Positions 53,994-63,377 of a DNA stretch of 64,000 bases are shown piece by piece (position 1 is the first letter of the stretch; every line of letters begins with the position of its first letter). Origin of the DNA: Lachnospiraceae bacterium (GTDB lineage Bacteria > Bacillota > Clostridia > Lachnospirales > Lachnospiraceae). A model generated the notes under the pieces. It did not search any database. It had not been told where the DNA came from and saw only the letters and a list, made by a program, of their open reading frames with translations. The translations under genes were made by a program, and so were the position numbers. Location of the stretch: assembly GCA_017455525.1 (NCBI GenBank), contig JAFTAP010000029.1, positions 3,994 to 67,993 on the forward strand. The letters run 5' to 3'.

Positions 53994-55820
53994 ATGCCAA
54001 GATACAGGGATGAAATAATAGATGAGGTGCGCTTAAGGAATGACATCGTCGATGTCATAGGAAGCGTCGTGAAGCTTAAAAGGAGCGGTGCGAATTATTT
54101 CGGACTATGTCCTTTTCATAATGAAAAGACCGGATCTTTTTCCGTGAGTCCCGACAAGCAGATGTACTATTGCTTCGGCTGTGGCGCCGGAGGCAATGTC
54201 ATAAGCTTCGTGATGGATTATGAGAACTACAGCTTTCCCGAAGCCGTGAAGTACCTTGCGGACAGGGCAGGAATTAATCTTCCGGAAGCTGAGGAGACAC
54301 CGGAGGAGAGGCAGTTATCTTCCTTTAAGAGCAAGGTTATGGAATGTTTAAAGAGCGCGGCGGTCTTTTATTATAAGAGGCTTTACAGCCCGGAAGGAAA
54401 GCACGGACTTGATTACTTAAGGAATAGGGGACTTACGGACGAGACTATAAAATCCTTCGGGCTTGGCTATTCGGGAAAGGGATATGATCAGGCGGTGTCT
54501 TATCTGAGGTCAAAGGGATTCCCGGATAAGGTAATAGATGCAGCAGGGCTTTGTAATATATCCGAGAAGCATGGAATGACGGACAGATTCTTCAATCGGG
54601 TCATGTTTCCGATAATGGATATTAACAACAAGGTCATAGGCTTCGGTGGAAGGGTTATGGGAGACGGCGAGCCGAAATATTTAAATTCACCGGAAACCAT
54701 AGTCTTCGATAAGAGTCATAATATGTACGGACTCAATGCCGCAAGGCGGTCAAGGAAGCCTTATCTAATAGTCTGAGAGGGCTATATGGATGTGATATCG
54801 ATGCATCAGGCGGGTTTTACGGAGACCGTGGCTTCACTTGGAACTGCTTTTACATCAGGACATGCGAATCTTCTAAGACGCTATACGAAGGATGTGAGGC
54901 TTACATATGACTCGGATGCGGCGGGACAGAAGGCGGCTATGAGGGCGATACCAATATGTCGCTCTGCCGGGCTTAAGACTAAGATAATACATATGGATCC
55001 TTATAAGGATCCTGATGAATTTATAAAGGCTCTCGGAGCGGGGGAGTTTCAGGAGAGGATAGATAAGGCGGAGAATTCCTTTTTATTCGAGCTGTCATAT
55101 TTCGAGAAGTCTTACGATATGTCAGACCCGGAGGGAAGGACGGGATTTCAGTCAGAGGCGACGAGACATCTGGCAGCTATAGATGACGAGCTCGCCAGAG
55201 ACAATTACATATCTGCAGTAGCATCAAAGTATGCTATAAGAGAGGATGCTTTAAGGAGGGCTGTCGCAATCGCGATCGAGAAGAACGAGGCTTATCAGGC
55301 TTCATATAACGGCGAAGAGCCTCTCCCAAAGAGACGCTTTGAGGACAATAAAACCGCAGGTCCTGACTCAAAGCCTGCATCCGCTAAGCGTGATAAGGTA
55401 GATGATGGCACGGAGAAGGCGGAGAAATACCTTCTCACATGGATGGCTGACGAGAAGGATGTGTACGAAGCGGCGAAAGGATATCTAGCTGTCGAGGACT
55501 TCACGGAAGGAATTAACCGTAAGATGGCGTCGGAAGTATACAAAGGATATGAGAACGATGGTTTTTCTCCCGCAGATGTCCTCACAAGGTTCGCCGCAGA
55601 TGACAGCGCAAGGGAGGCATCGTCTGTCATCAATATGAAGCTTGATGCGGTGGAAACATCGGCCGACAGGGAGAAGGCTCTGACAGACCTTGTGATAAGG
55701 ATAAAGAAGGCGGCGCTTTCAAGGATGCGAAACGCCGACGATGGTGGCGATCCGCTTAAAAAGGCGATGGAGGAGAAGAAGGCTCTTTCAGAGCTCAAGA
55801 AGATAAGGATCACTTTATAG
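53994..55820 (+). pseudogene. dnaG: DNA primase DnaG interrupted by one in-frame TGA (54774-54776). It is either a sequencing error, a recoding event or a pseudogene.
   Basis: ORFs 53994..54776 and 54786..55820 are in the same frame. The N-terminal part has the zinc finger CPFHNEKTGSFSVSPDKQMYYCFGCGAGGN. The reading ...PYLIV-TGA-EGYMDVISMHQAGF places the stop directly before the invariant TOPRIM Glu. Confidence 0.75.
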
Positions 55821-55845
55821 ATATCATAGAAAGAGAGGAAATCTG

Positions 55846-56985
55846 ATGGAAGAAAATGAAGAAAAGCTCGACGAGAAATTTGAGGAAAAGCTCAAAAGCA
55901 TAGTCGAGCTGGGGCATAAGAAGGATAATGTCCTTGAGAATCAGGAGATAATCGATCACTTTAAAGGGCTTGAGCTCAGTGAGGACGACTATGACCGGAT
56001 CTGGGAAACTCTTGAGAAGAACGGTATAGACGTGCTCAAGATGACTGCGCCGTCAGAGGACGATATCGAGGTGGATGACGATGTGCCGCCTGATGAACTT
56101 GACGATGAGGAAGAGGTCGATATAGAAAATGTCGATCTGTCCATTCCCGACAGCGTATCCATAGAGGATCCCGTAAGGATGTACCTTAAGGAGATAGGAA
56201 AGGTGCCGCTGCTTTCCGCTGAGGAAGAGGTAGAGCTTGCAAAGCGCATGGAGCTTGGCGATCAGGAGGCTAAGAATAAGCTTGCGGAGGCAAACCTAAG
56301 GCTTGTCGTATCCATAGCCAAGAGATACGTGGGGCGCGGGATGCTGTTCCTTGATCTAATTCAGGAAGGCAATCTGGGTCTTATAAAGGCTGTAGAGAAG
56401 TTTGACTACAGGAAGGGCTATAAGTTCTCAACATATGCCACATGGTGGATAAGGCAGGCGATAACAAGGGCCATAGCGGATCAGGCGCGCACCATCCGTA
56501 TACCGGTTCATATGGTAGAGACGATCAATAAGCTTATCCGTATATCAAGACAGCTCCTGCAGGAGCTTGGACGTGAGCCTACTCCGGAGGAGATAGCCGT
56601 AGAGATGGAGATGCCCGTGGAGAAGGTGCGAGAGATACTGAAGATCTCGCAAGAACCTGTGTCATTAGAGACCCCTATAGGAGAGGAAGAAGACTCTCAC
56701 TTAGGCGATTTCATACAGGACGATCAGGTTCCTGTGCCTGCGGATGCCGCGGCCTTCGAGCTATTGAAGGAGCAGCTTAACGAGGTGCTTGATACCCTGA
56801 CGGAGAGGGAGCAGAAGGTATTAAGGCTTCGATTCGGACTTGACGACGGAAAGGCAAGGACTCTTGAGGAGGTTGGAAGACAGTTCAATGTCACGAGGGA
56901 GCGTATCAGACAGATAGAGGCGAAAGCATTAAGGAAGCTCCGCCATCCTTCAAGGTCAAGGAAGCTTAAGGATTATCTGGAGTGA
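55846..56985 (+). CDS. rpoD: Primary sigma factor RpoD/SigA.
   Basis: Regions 2-4: [59 protein letters not shown]. Confidence 0.96.
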   Translation: MEENEEKLDEKFEEKLKSIVELGHKKDNVLENQEIIDHFKGLELSEDDYDRIWETLEKNGIDVLKMTAPSEDDIEVDDDVPPDELDDEEEVDIENVDLSIPDSVSIEDPVRMYLKEIGKVPLLSAEEEVELAKRMELGDQEAKNKLAEANLRLVVSIAKRYVGRGMLFLDLIQEGNLGLIKAVEKFDYRKGYKFSTYATWWIRQAITRAIADQARTIRIPVHMVETINKLIRISRQLLQELGREPTPEEIAVEMEMPVEKVREILKISQEPVSLETPIGEEEDSHLGDFIQDDQVPVPADAAAFELLKEQLNEVLDTLTEREQKVLRLRFGLDDGKARTLEEVGRQFNVTRERIRQIEAKALRKLRHPSRSRKLKDYLE

Positions 56986-57701
56986 GCCTTATCCTTTCTT
57001 CAAGGCTTCAGACGATAGCTGACATGACGCCTGCCTGTGATACCTTCACGGATGTAGGATGCGACCACGGCTATATCCCTATATGGCTTCTGCTGAATAA
57101 TAGATGCAAGAAGGCCATAGCTTCCGATATAGGGCAGGGACCGCTTGATACCGCAAGGAATAATGCGAGGGCATGCGGTATAGATTGTGGCAGGATTTCT
57201 TTTATAATATCGGATGGGTTAGAAGGGATAACTACGCCTGATAGTGGTAATAACGTGTTATCGGTTACCGGTATGGGAGGGCTCTTAATTGCGGATATAT
57301 TGAATAAGGGATATGAGAAGCTTTCATGCTTTTCAAGTCTTATCCTCTCACCGCATACGAAGCAGGAGGAGCTTAGACGTTATCTTATAGCGAACGGCTT
57401 TATTATAAAAGATGAAAGATATGTTATAGACAGTGATAAGCTTTATGTCGTAATTCACGCCATGCCATGCAAAGATGCGAAGAAGGGGTATGTCACGGAG
57501 GAATATAATGGCAAAGATTACAGGTTTGGCTTATTTATTAATGAAGCATTAAAAAACGAAGCCGTGAGAGCGTATTTTATAAGACGGTACGAGGAGCTTT
57601 GCACTATATTAAATGAAAACAAAGGTCTTCCTGAGGACAGGAGAGAGGTTCTTAGCAGGGAGGTTTTAAGCTACAGGGAGGTGCTTGGGATTGAAGCTTA
57701 A
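56982..57701 (+). CDS. trmK: tRNA (adenine22-N1)-methyltransferase TrmK.
   Basis: [11 protein letters not shown]...[14 protein letters not shown] motif. GTG start overlapping the rpoD stop. Conserved position after sigA. Confidence 0.8.
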   Translation: MSLILSSRLQTIADMTPACDTFTDVGCDHGYIPIWLLLNNRCKKAIASDIGQGPLDTARNNARACGIDCGRISFIISDGLEGITTPDSGNNVLSVTGMGGLLIADILNKGYEKLSCFSSLILSPHTKQEELRRYLIANGFIIKDERYVIDSDKLYVVIHAMPCKDAKKGYVTEEYNGKDYRFGLFINEALKNEAVRAYFIRRYEELCTILNENKGLPEDRREVLSREVLSYREVLGIEA

Positions 57702-58464
57702 GGACATAATAAATACATTGAATGAGCTTGCCCCTATGCAGTATTCGGAAGCCTGGGATAATCCGGGACTGCTGATAGGAGACGAGGAGAAGGAGATACA
57801 TAAAGTGTACGTGGCAGTAGATGCCACGACCGACGTTATAGAGGCGGCGCATGAGGCGGGAGCCGATCTTATCCTTACGCATCATCCGCTTATTTTTCAT
57901 CCCGTAAGACGGGTTTCAACTGACAGTCATGTGGGACGACGGATAATGAAGATAATATCCTATGGGATGTCCTTATTTGCTATGCATACGGACTTCGACG
58001 TGACCTGCATGGGCACCGAGGCGGCGTCGCTTCTGGACCTTATAGAGATAAAGATACTGGAGCCTACCTTCTCTGAGGAGCTGGGGCTTGGAGCTATGGG
58101 GTACCTTAAAGAAGACCTTACGCTTAAGGAGCTTGCCGAGCAGGTAAAGCTTAACTTTGAAGTTCCCGCTGTAAAGATATACGGTGACCTTGAGGATACG
58201 ATAGTTAAGGTCGCGATACTTCCGGGATCCGGTTCATCAGGTATAGATACGGCTGTATCAGAGGGGTGCGACGTGCTTATCACGGGAGATATCGGCCATC
58301 ATGACGGCATAGATGCCATAGAGAAGGGCATAAATATAATAGATGCGGGACATTTCGGCATAGAGAAGATATTCATCAGGATAATGAAGCTCTATATCGG
58401 CAATACGATGAAGGAGCTTGAAGTGATAGAGGATGGGGCGCAGAAGGATTTTATTATTTTATAG
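57691..58464 (+). CDS. Nif3-family dinuclear metal centre protein (YqfO-like).
   Basis: [14 protein letters not shown]...AWDNPGLLIG, LILTHHPLIF, GHFGIE motifs. I prefer the TTG at 57691 (9 nt after GGGAGG) to 57685. Confidence 0.8.
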   Translation: MKLKDIINTLNELAPMQYSEAWDNPGLLIGDEEKEIHKVYVAVDATTDVIEAAHEAGADLILTHHPLIFHPVRRVSTDSHVGRRIMKIISYGMSLFAMHTDFDVTCMGTEAASLLDLIEIKILEPTFSEELGLGAMGYLKEDLTLKELAEQVKLNFEVPAVKIYGDLEDTIVKVAILPGSGSSGIDTAVSEGCDVLITGDIGHHDGIDAIEKGINIIDAGHFGIEKIFIRIMKLYIGNTMKELEVIEDGAQKDFIIL

Positions 58465-58476
58465 AATGGGGGAGTT

Positions 58477-60135
58477 ATGGCGGAAACAGTTAAGATTAAT
58501 TACAAGGGAAATGAATATGAATATCCGAAGGGCGTAAAGCTTTCTGATATAGCGAAGAACTTTCAGAAGGATTATCCGTCGGCTATTGTGCTTGCGAAGG
58601 TAGATAATAAGCTTAAGGAGTTATTCCATACGGTAGGAAATGACTGCGAGCTTGACTTTGAGGACCTTACCGGAACCTCTGCGCATAAGGCTTACAAGCG
58701 GTCTGCTTCGCTGCTCCTTATAAAGTCCTTCTATGATGTCGTAGGGCGGGAGTGTATCAATAAGTTTAAGGTGGACTTCTCCATAGGCGCGGCTTATTAC
58801 TGCTCTTACGAGGGCAAGGTGCCGCTTACGGATAAGGTGGTATCCGAGGTCAAGACCCGCATGATACAGCTTGTGAATGAGGACGCTCCTATACAGAAGA
58901 GCTCCTATCCTCTTGAGAAGATAATAAAGAAGTTCCATGACCTCGGTATGTTCGATAAGGAGAGGCTTTTCAGATACAGACGGTCGGATAAGGTAAATAT
59001 TTACACGCTCGGAGACTTTCAGGATTATTTCTACGGCTATATGGTGCCAAGCTGCGGATATCTTAAATACTTTGATTTATTTAAGTATGACGACGGACTC
59101 ATGCTCCAGCTTCCTGAGAGGAAGGCTCCTAATGTAGTGCCACCCTTTAAGGACAGCCCGAAGCTCTTCGCTACCATGAAGGCATCATCTAACTGGGGAG
59201 AGATGATGGGGATAGAGACCGTGGGCGACTTGAATGACGCTATATCTGACGGAGCGATGAATGAGGTCATACTCGTACAGGAAGCGCTGATGGAGAGCAG
59301 GATAGCGGAGATCGCAAAGAATATAGTGGACAGGGGCAACGTGCGTTTCGTGATGATTGCGGGACCCTCCTCATCGGGCAAGACAACCTTCTCGCACAGG
59401 CTTTCCATAGAGCTTAGGGCGCATGGCATGAAGCCGCATCCTATAGAGATAGACAATTACTTCAAGAACAGGGAGGACACGCCGAAGGATGAGAACGGAA
59501 ATTATGATTTCGAGTGCCTTGAGGCGATAGACATAGAGGGCTTCAATAAGGACATGACTGCCCTCCTTAACGGCGAGACTATAGAGCTTCCCAGGTTCAA
59601 CTTCAAGGTGGGACAGAGGGAGTACAAGGGCGATTTCATGACGCTTGACGAGTCGGACGTGCTCGTCTGCGAGGGCATTCACGGGCTTAATGATGAGCTT
59701 TCGCATTCACTTCCGAAGGAGTGCAAATACAAGATTTATATAAGTGCGCTGACTACGCTTAATGTAGACGAGCATAACCGCGTGCCTACGACTGACGGAA
59801 GGCTTATGAGGCGGATGGTCAGGGATTACTATACGAGGGGGTCCTCCGTATCGAGGACGCTTGGCATGTGGTCGTCCGTTAGACGCGGGGAAGAGAAGTT
59901 CATCTTTCCTTTCCAGGAGAGTGCGGACGCTATGTTCAACTCGGCTCATATATATGAGATAGCGGCGCTTAAGCCTTACGTGGAGCCATTGCTTTTTGCG
60001 GTGCCGGAGGATGATCCGGGGTATCAGGAGGCGAAGAGGCTCTTGAAGTTTTTGCAGTATTTCCTTTCGATAGATACGGCAGGGATACCGCAGAACTCGA
60101 TAATACGTGAATTTATCGGCGGATCGATATTCTAA
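58477..60135 (+). CDS. Uridine kinase/phosphoribulokinase-family nucleoside kinase with an N-terminal TGS-like domain.
   Basis: P-loop IAGPSSSGKTTF. The N-terminal domain of about 60 aa resembles the ThrRS TGS domain. Confidence 0.7.
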   Translation: MAETVKINYKGNEYEYPKGVKLSDIAKNFQKDYPSAIVLAKVDNKLKELFHTVGNDCELDFEDLTGTSAHKAYKRSASLLLIKSFYDVVGRECINKFKVDFSIGAAYYCSYEGKVPLTDKVVSEVKTRMIQLVNEDAPIQKSSYPLEKIIKKFHDLGMFDKERLFRYRRSDKVNIYTLGDFQDYFYGYMVPSCGYLKYFDLFKYDDGLMLQLPERKAPNVVPPFKDSPKLFATMKASSNWGEMMGIETVGDLNDAISDGAMNEVILVQEALMESRIAEIAKNIVDRGNVRFVMIAGPSSSGKTTFSHRLSIELRAHGMKPHPIEIDNYFKNREDTPKDENGNYDFECLEAIDIEGFNKDMTALLNGETIELPRFNFKVGQREYKGDFMTLDESDVLVCEGIHGLNDELSHSLPKECKYKIYISALTTLNVDEHNRVPTTDGRLMRRMVRDYYTRGSSVSRTLGMWSSVRRGEEKFIFPFQESADAMFNSAHIYEIAALKPYVEPLLFAVPEDDPGYQEAKRLLKFLQYFLSIDTAGIPQNSIIREFIGGSIF

Positions 60136-60151
60136 ATACTATACATAGTGA

Positions 60152-60368
60152 GTGGAGAATGAGATGTTTTCATCTTGTGGTTATTTTTCTTCTATATTCT
60201 AAGAAAGTGCATTTAAGATTTTGATTAGTCACGGGGCCGATCATATTCGCATCCATGCTCAAGATGATCTCTCGGGTACATCCATGTACCCTCGCCCCTG
60301 GTAGTGAAGCACTTTCAAGAATATTACGAAGAAAAATAGAACTGCGTTGAAAACATCTCATTCTCCAC
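60152..60368. repeat. 217-bp near-palindromic element with 21-bp perfect terminal inverted repeats. Candidates are a MITE-like element, a structured RNA or an invertible segment.
   Basis: GTGGAGAATGAGATGTTTTCA (60152-60172) is the exact reverse complement of 60348-60368. Further matching arm blocks of 11, 7 and 8 bp. Central hairpin GGGTACAT-CC-ATGTACCC. Confidence 0.7.
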
Positions 60369-60381
60369 ATTATATGCTGTG

Positions 60382-60411
60382 TTAGTATAATCAAGTAAAA
60401 TGTGTTAGAAT
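60382..60411 (+). promoter_or_regulatory. Candidate extended -10 promoter for RNase P RNA.
   Basis: TGT-TAGAAT (60403-60411) lies 7 nt before the predicted 5' end of rnpB. Weak -35 TTAGTA. Confidence 0.45.
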
Positions 60412-60417
60412 ATGAAT

Positions 60418-60806
60418 CCGAGTGAGCCGGATGATGGCGACATGGCGGGTATCTTCCATGCCGAGGAAAGTCCGGGCTCCATAGGGCAGGATGGCGGATA
60501 ACGTCCGCCCGGGGTGACCCGCGGGAAAGCGCAACAGAGAACAGACCGCTGTGAAGCTTGCTTCACAGTAAGGGTGAAACGGCAGTGTAAGAGACTACCG
60601 CGTCTTCTGGTAACAGAGGCGGCTAGGCAAGCCCCATCCGGAGCAAGATCAAACAGGGAGCGTACGATTTGCCCGATCTGGTTTACGGAGCGATCCGCAA
60701 GACCTGCTTCCAGGTAGATCGCTAAAGCCATGCGGCAACGTATGGCGCAGATAGATCATCATCACTGCCAAGGCAGTACATAACCCGGCTTACAGGCTCG
60801 CTCGGC
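60418..60806 (+). ncRNA. rnpB: RNase P RNA (bacterial type A).
   Basis: Universal GAGGAAAGTCCGGGCTCCATAGGGCA, GGGTGAAACGG, ACATAACCCGGCTTA. P1 pairing of 60418-60428 with 60795-60805. Length about 390 nt. Confidence 0.9.
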
Positions 60807-60843
60807 TTTATAATTAAGGGGATAATAAGGAGATCATTGCATA

Positions 60844-62091
60844 ATGGATTATCTTGAATCGCTTGGAATAAGGGCAAAGAGAGCCTCGGAGGTGCTTGCC
60901 CGATTGGATCCCGCATCAAAAAACCTTGGACTCAGGGCGGCCGCTGATTCGCTTAGGCAGAACGCCTCTGAAATCCTTGCCGCAAATAAGCTGGATGTCG
61001 AGAATGCGAGAAATAAAGGCGTAAGCTCTGCCATGATAGACCGTCTCATGCTGACTACGGAGCGTATAGACCAAATGGCTGAGGGCATAGTGCAGGTATC
61101 CGAGCTTAAGGATCCTGTCGGTGAGGTTCTGGACACGATGGTACGCCCGAATGGTCTTCATATAGATAAGGTCTCTGTGCCTATGGGCGTCATTGGCATA
61201 ATATATGAATCAAGACCCAATGTAACGGCAGACGCTTTCGCTCTCTGCTTTAAATCCGGCAACGCCGCAATCTTAAGAGGTGGCTCCGATGCGATAAATT
61301 CAAACAAGGCAATAGTTAACTACATAAGAGATGCCTTAGAAAAGGAAAAGCTTCCCGACGATGTGCTTCTTGTAGTCACGGATACATCAAGAGAGGTCGC
61401 TACCGAGTTCATGAAGCTCAATCGGTACATTGATCTTTTATTCCCAAGAGGCGGTGCAGGGCTCATACAGAGCGTCGTAGAGAACGCTACGATCCCTGTG
61501 ATAGAGACCGGCGTCGGCAACTGTCATATATATGTGGATGAAGAAGCCAATATTAAGATGGCTGTAGATATAATAGACAATGCGAAGACCCAGCGTTTCG
61601 GAGTATGCAATGCCGCAGAATCCCTTGTGATCCACAGAGGTATAGCGAAGGATGTGATTCCCACTATATATGAAAGGCTTACATCTAAAGATGTGGAGCT
61701 TAGGGGAGCGGATGATGTGAGAGAGATAGTCTCAGACATTAAATGCGCTACGGAGGAGGATTATGCTAGGGAATATCTGGGTCCTTATATCTCCGTCAAG
61801 ATAGTTGATAACATAGACCATGCGATAGAGCATATTAATCACTACTCCACGCATCATTCAGAGGCGATAATAACAGATAATAGTGAGAATGCGCAGAGAT
61901 TTCTTGATGAGGTTGATTCCGCCTGTGTCTACTGGAATGCTTCCACGAGGTTCACGGACGGCTACGAGTTCGGCTTTGGCTCCGAGATAGGCATAAGCAC
62001 ACAGAAGTTACACGCAAGAGGACCTATGGGGCTTAAGGCTCTTACCTCGTATAAATATCAGATAAAAGGAAACGGACAGATCAGACAATAG
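60844..62091 (+). CDS. proA: Glutamate-5-semialdehyde dehydrogenase (gamma-glutamyl phosphate reductase).
   Basis: [14 protein letters not shown] and [10 protein letters not shown] (catalytic Cys) motifs. 415 aa. Confidence 0.93.
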   Translation: MDYLESLGIRAKRASEVLARLDPASKNLGLRAAADSLRQNASEILAANKLDVENARNKGVSSAMIDRLMLTTERIDQMAEGIVQVSELKDPVGEVLDTMVRPNGLHIDKVSVPMGVIGIIYESRPNVTADAFALCFKSGNAAILRGGSDAINSNKAIVNYIRDALEKEKLPDDVLLVVTDTSREVATEFMKLNRYIDLLFPRGGAGLIQSVVENATIPVIETGVGNCHIYVDEEANIKMAVDIIDNAKTQRFGVCNAAESLVIHRGIAKDVIPTIYERLTSKDVELRGADDVREIVSDIKCATEEDYAREYLGPYISVKIVDNIDHAIEHINHYSTHHSEAIITDNSENAQRFLDEVDSACVYWNASTRFTDGYEFGFGSEIGISTQKLHARGPMGLKALTSYKYQIKGNGQIRQ

Positions 62092-62096
62092 AAAAC

Positions 62097-63377
62097 TTGG
62101 CAGACATGGATTTTGAAGTCAGGCCTGAGCTTCTGGCTCCGGCGGGGAATATGGATTGCCTTGACGCAGCGATTGCGGCAGGGTGTGATGCAGTGTATGC
62201 GGGATGTGACAGGTTCGGAGCCAGGGCTTACGCCGGAAACTTCACTTCTGACGAGTTCATAGAAGCAATAGACCGTGTGCATGTCTTTGGGAAGAAAATA
62301 TATCTTACCCTTAATACTCTTATAAAACCTGATGAATACGAGACAATACATGATTTCGTGAAGCCTTTTTATGAGGAAGGGCTTGACGGCGTTATCGTGC
62401 AGGATATGGGTGTTATTTCCCTGCTTCTAAAAGAGTTCAAGGGAATGGCGGTTCATGCTTCCACACAGATGTCGGTATCGTCCGTATATGGTGCAAGGCT
62501 TTTAAGGGATATGGGGGTTTCAAGGGTAGTCACATCAAGAGAGTTATCTTTGCGGGAAATAAAGGATATCCGCCGTGAGACAGGAATAGAGGCTGAGTGC
62601 TTCATACACGGGGCGATGTGCTACAGCTATTCCGGCATGTGCCTTATGTCTTCATTCCTTGGCGGCAGGTCGGGAAACAGGGGGAGATGCGCCGGACCCT
62701 GCAGGCAGCCTTATGGAAATAAATATCTTCTTTCCATGAAAGATATGTGTACGATAGATATACTGGATGAGCTTATTCGAGCGGATATTACTTCTTTTAA
62801 GATAGAGGGGAGAATGAAAAGCCCAGCCTATGTTTATGGCGTTACGGATATATACAGACGCAACATGGACTTTATAATGGAGCATGAGGGAGAACATTAT
62901 AAACCATCTGAAACTGACAGGAAACGTCTTGCGGAACTTTATTCAAGAGGCGGGATATCTGACGGATATTATAAAAGGCATAACGGTCTTTCCATGATAA
63001 CGGTAGAGAAGGGGGCTTATAAGAGAGAGGATAAGGGGGAAGTAAATATAGACCGTAAGCAGCTTCCGCTTAGGGCAAGTTTTGAAGCAGTGGCAGGCAG
63101 GGAAATGGAACTTAGAGTGGAGCTTGCGGATAATCCTGATATATTCATTAAGGCTATCGGCGATAAGGCTGACATTGCCGATAAGCGACCCATGCTTGAT
63201 GCGGATTTTGAGAAACAGCTGCGTAAGACGGGGGATTCTGATTTCACATTTGATAAGATTTCAATAGCTACAGACGGAAGGAGCTTCGTGAGGGTGTCTT
63301 CCATAAACAGCTTAAGACGGAGGGCATTGGGGCTTATGAGAGAAAGGCTTACGGATGAATATAAACGCAGTCTGTGA
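62097..63377 (+). CDS. U32-family protein (collagenase-like peptidase / RNA or quinone hydroxylation family) with a DUF3656-like C-terminal part.
   Basis: ELLAPAGN start region and Cys cluster GAMCYSYSGMCLMS...GRCAGPCRQPY. The start may be the ATG at 62106. Confidence 0.85.
   Translation: MADMDFEVRPELLAPAGNMDCLDAAIAAGCDAVYAGCDRFGARAYAGNFTSDEFIEAIDRVHVFGKKIYLTLNTLIKPDEYETIHDFVKPFYEEGLDGVIVQDMGVISLLLKEFKGMAVHASTQMSVSSVYGARLLRDMGVSRVVTSRELSLREIKDIRRETGIEAECFIHGAMCYSYSGMCLMSSFLGGRSGNRGRCAGPCRQPYGNKYLLSMKDMCTIDILDELIRADITSFKIEGRMKSPAYVYGVTDIYRRNMDFIMEHEGEHYKPSETDRKRLAELYSRGGISDGYYKRHNGLSMITVEKGAYKREDKGEVNIDRKQLPLRASFEAVAGREMELRVELADNPDIFIKAIGDKADIADKRPMLDADFEKQLRKTGDSDFTFDKISIATDGRSFVRVSSINSLRRRALGLMRERLTDEYKRSL

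Noticed and set aside
54774-54850. Selenocysteine insertion or genome-wide TGA reassignment as the explanation for the dnaG stop.
   Set aside because: Many genes in the window terminate with TGA at the expected protein ends, so TGA is a normal stop here. Downstream of the dnaG TGA I see only short palindromes (GATATC, ATCGAT, ATGCAT) and no SECIS-like stem-loop. Neither option can be fully excluded without the rest of the genome.
60152-60368. 6S RNA as the identity of the long hairpin upstream of rnpB.
   Set aside because: The overall length and the closed-hairpin shape are compatible with 6S RNA. But a 21-bp perfect terminal duplex and the symmetric 9x9 internal loop do not match the asymmetric central bubble I expect for 6S RNA, and no promoter is evident. 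I keep it only as something a covariance-model search could test.
60405-60731. ORFs of 108 aa (minus strand) and 67 aa (plus strand, 60514..60717).
   Set aside because: They fall inside the RNase P RNA gene, which is identified by universal rnpB motifs and P1 pairing. They are spurious.
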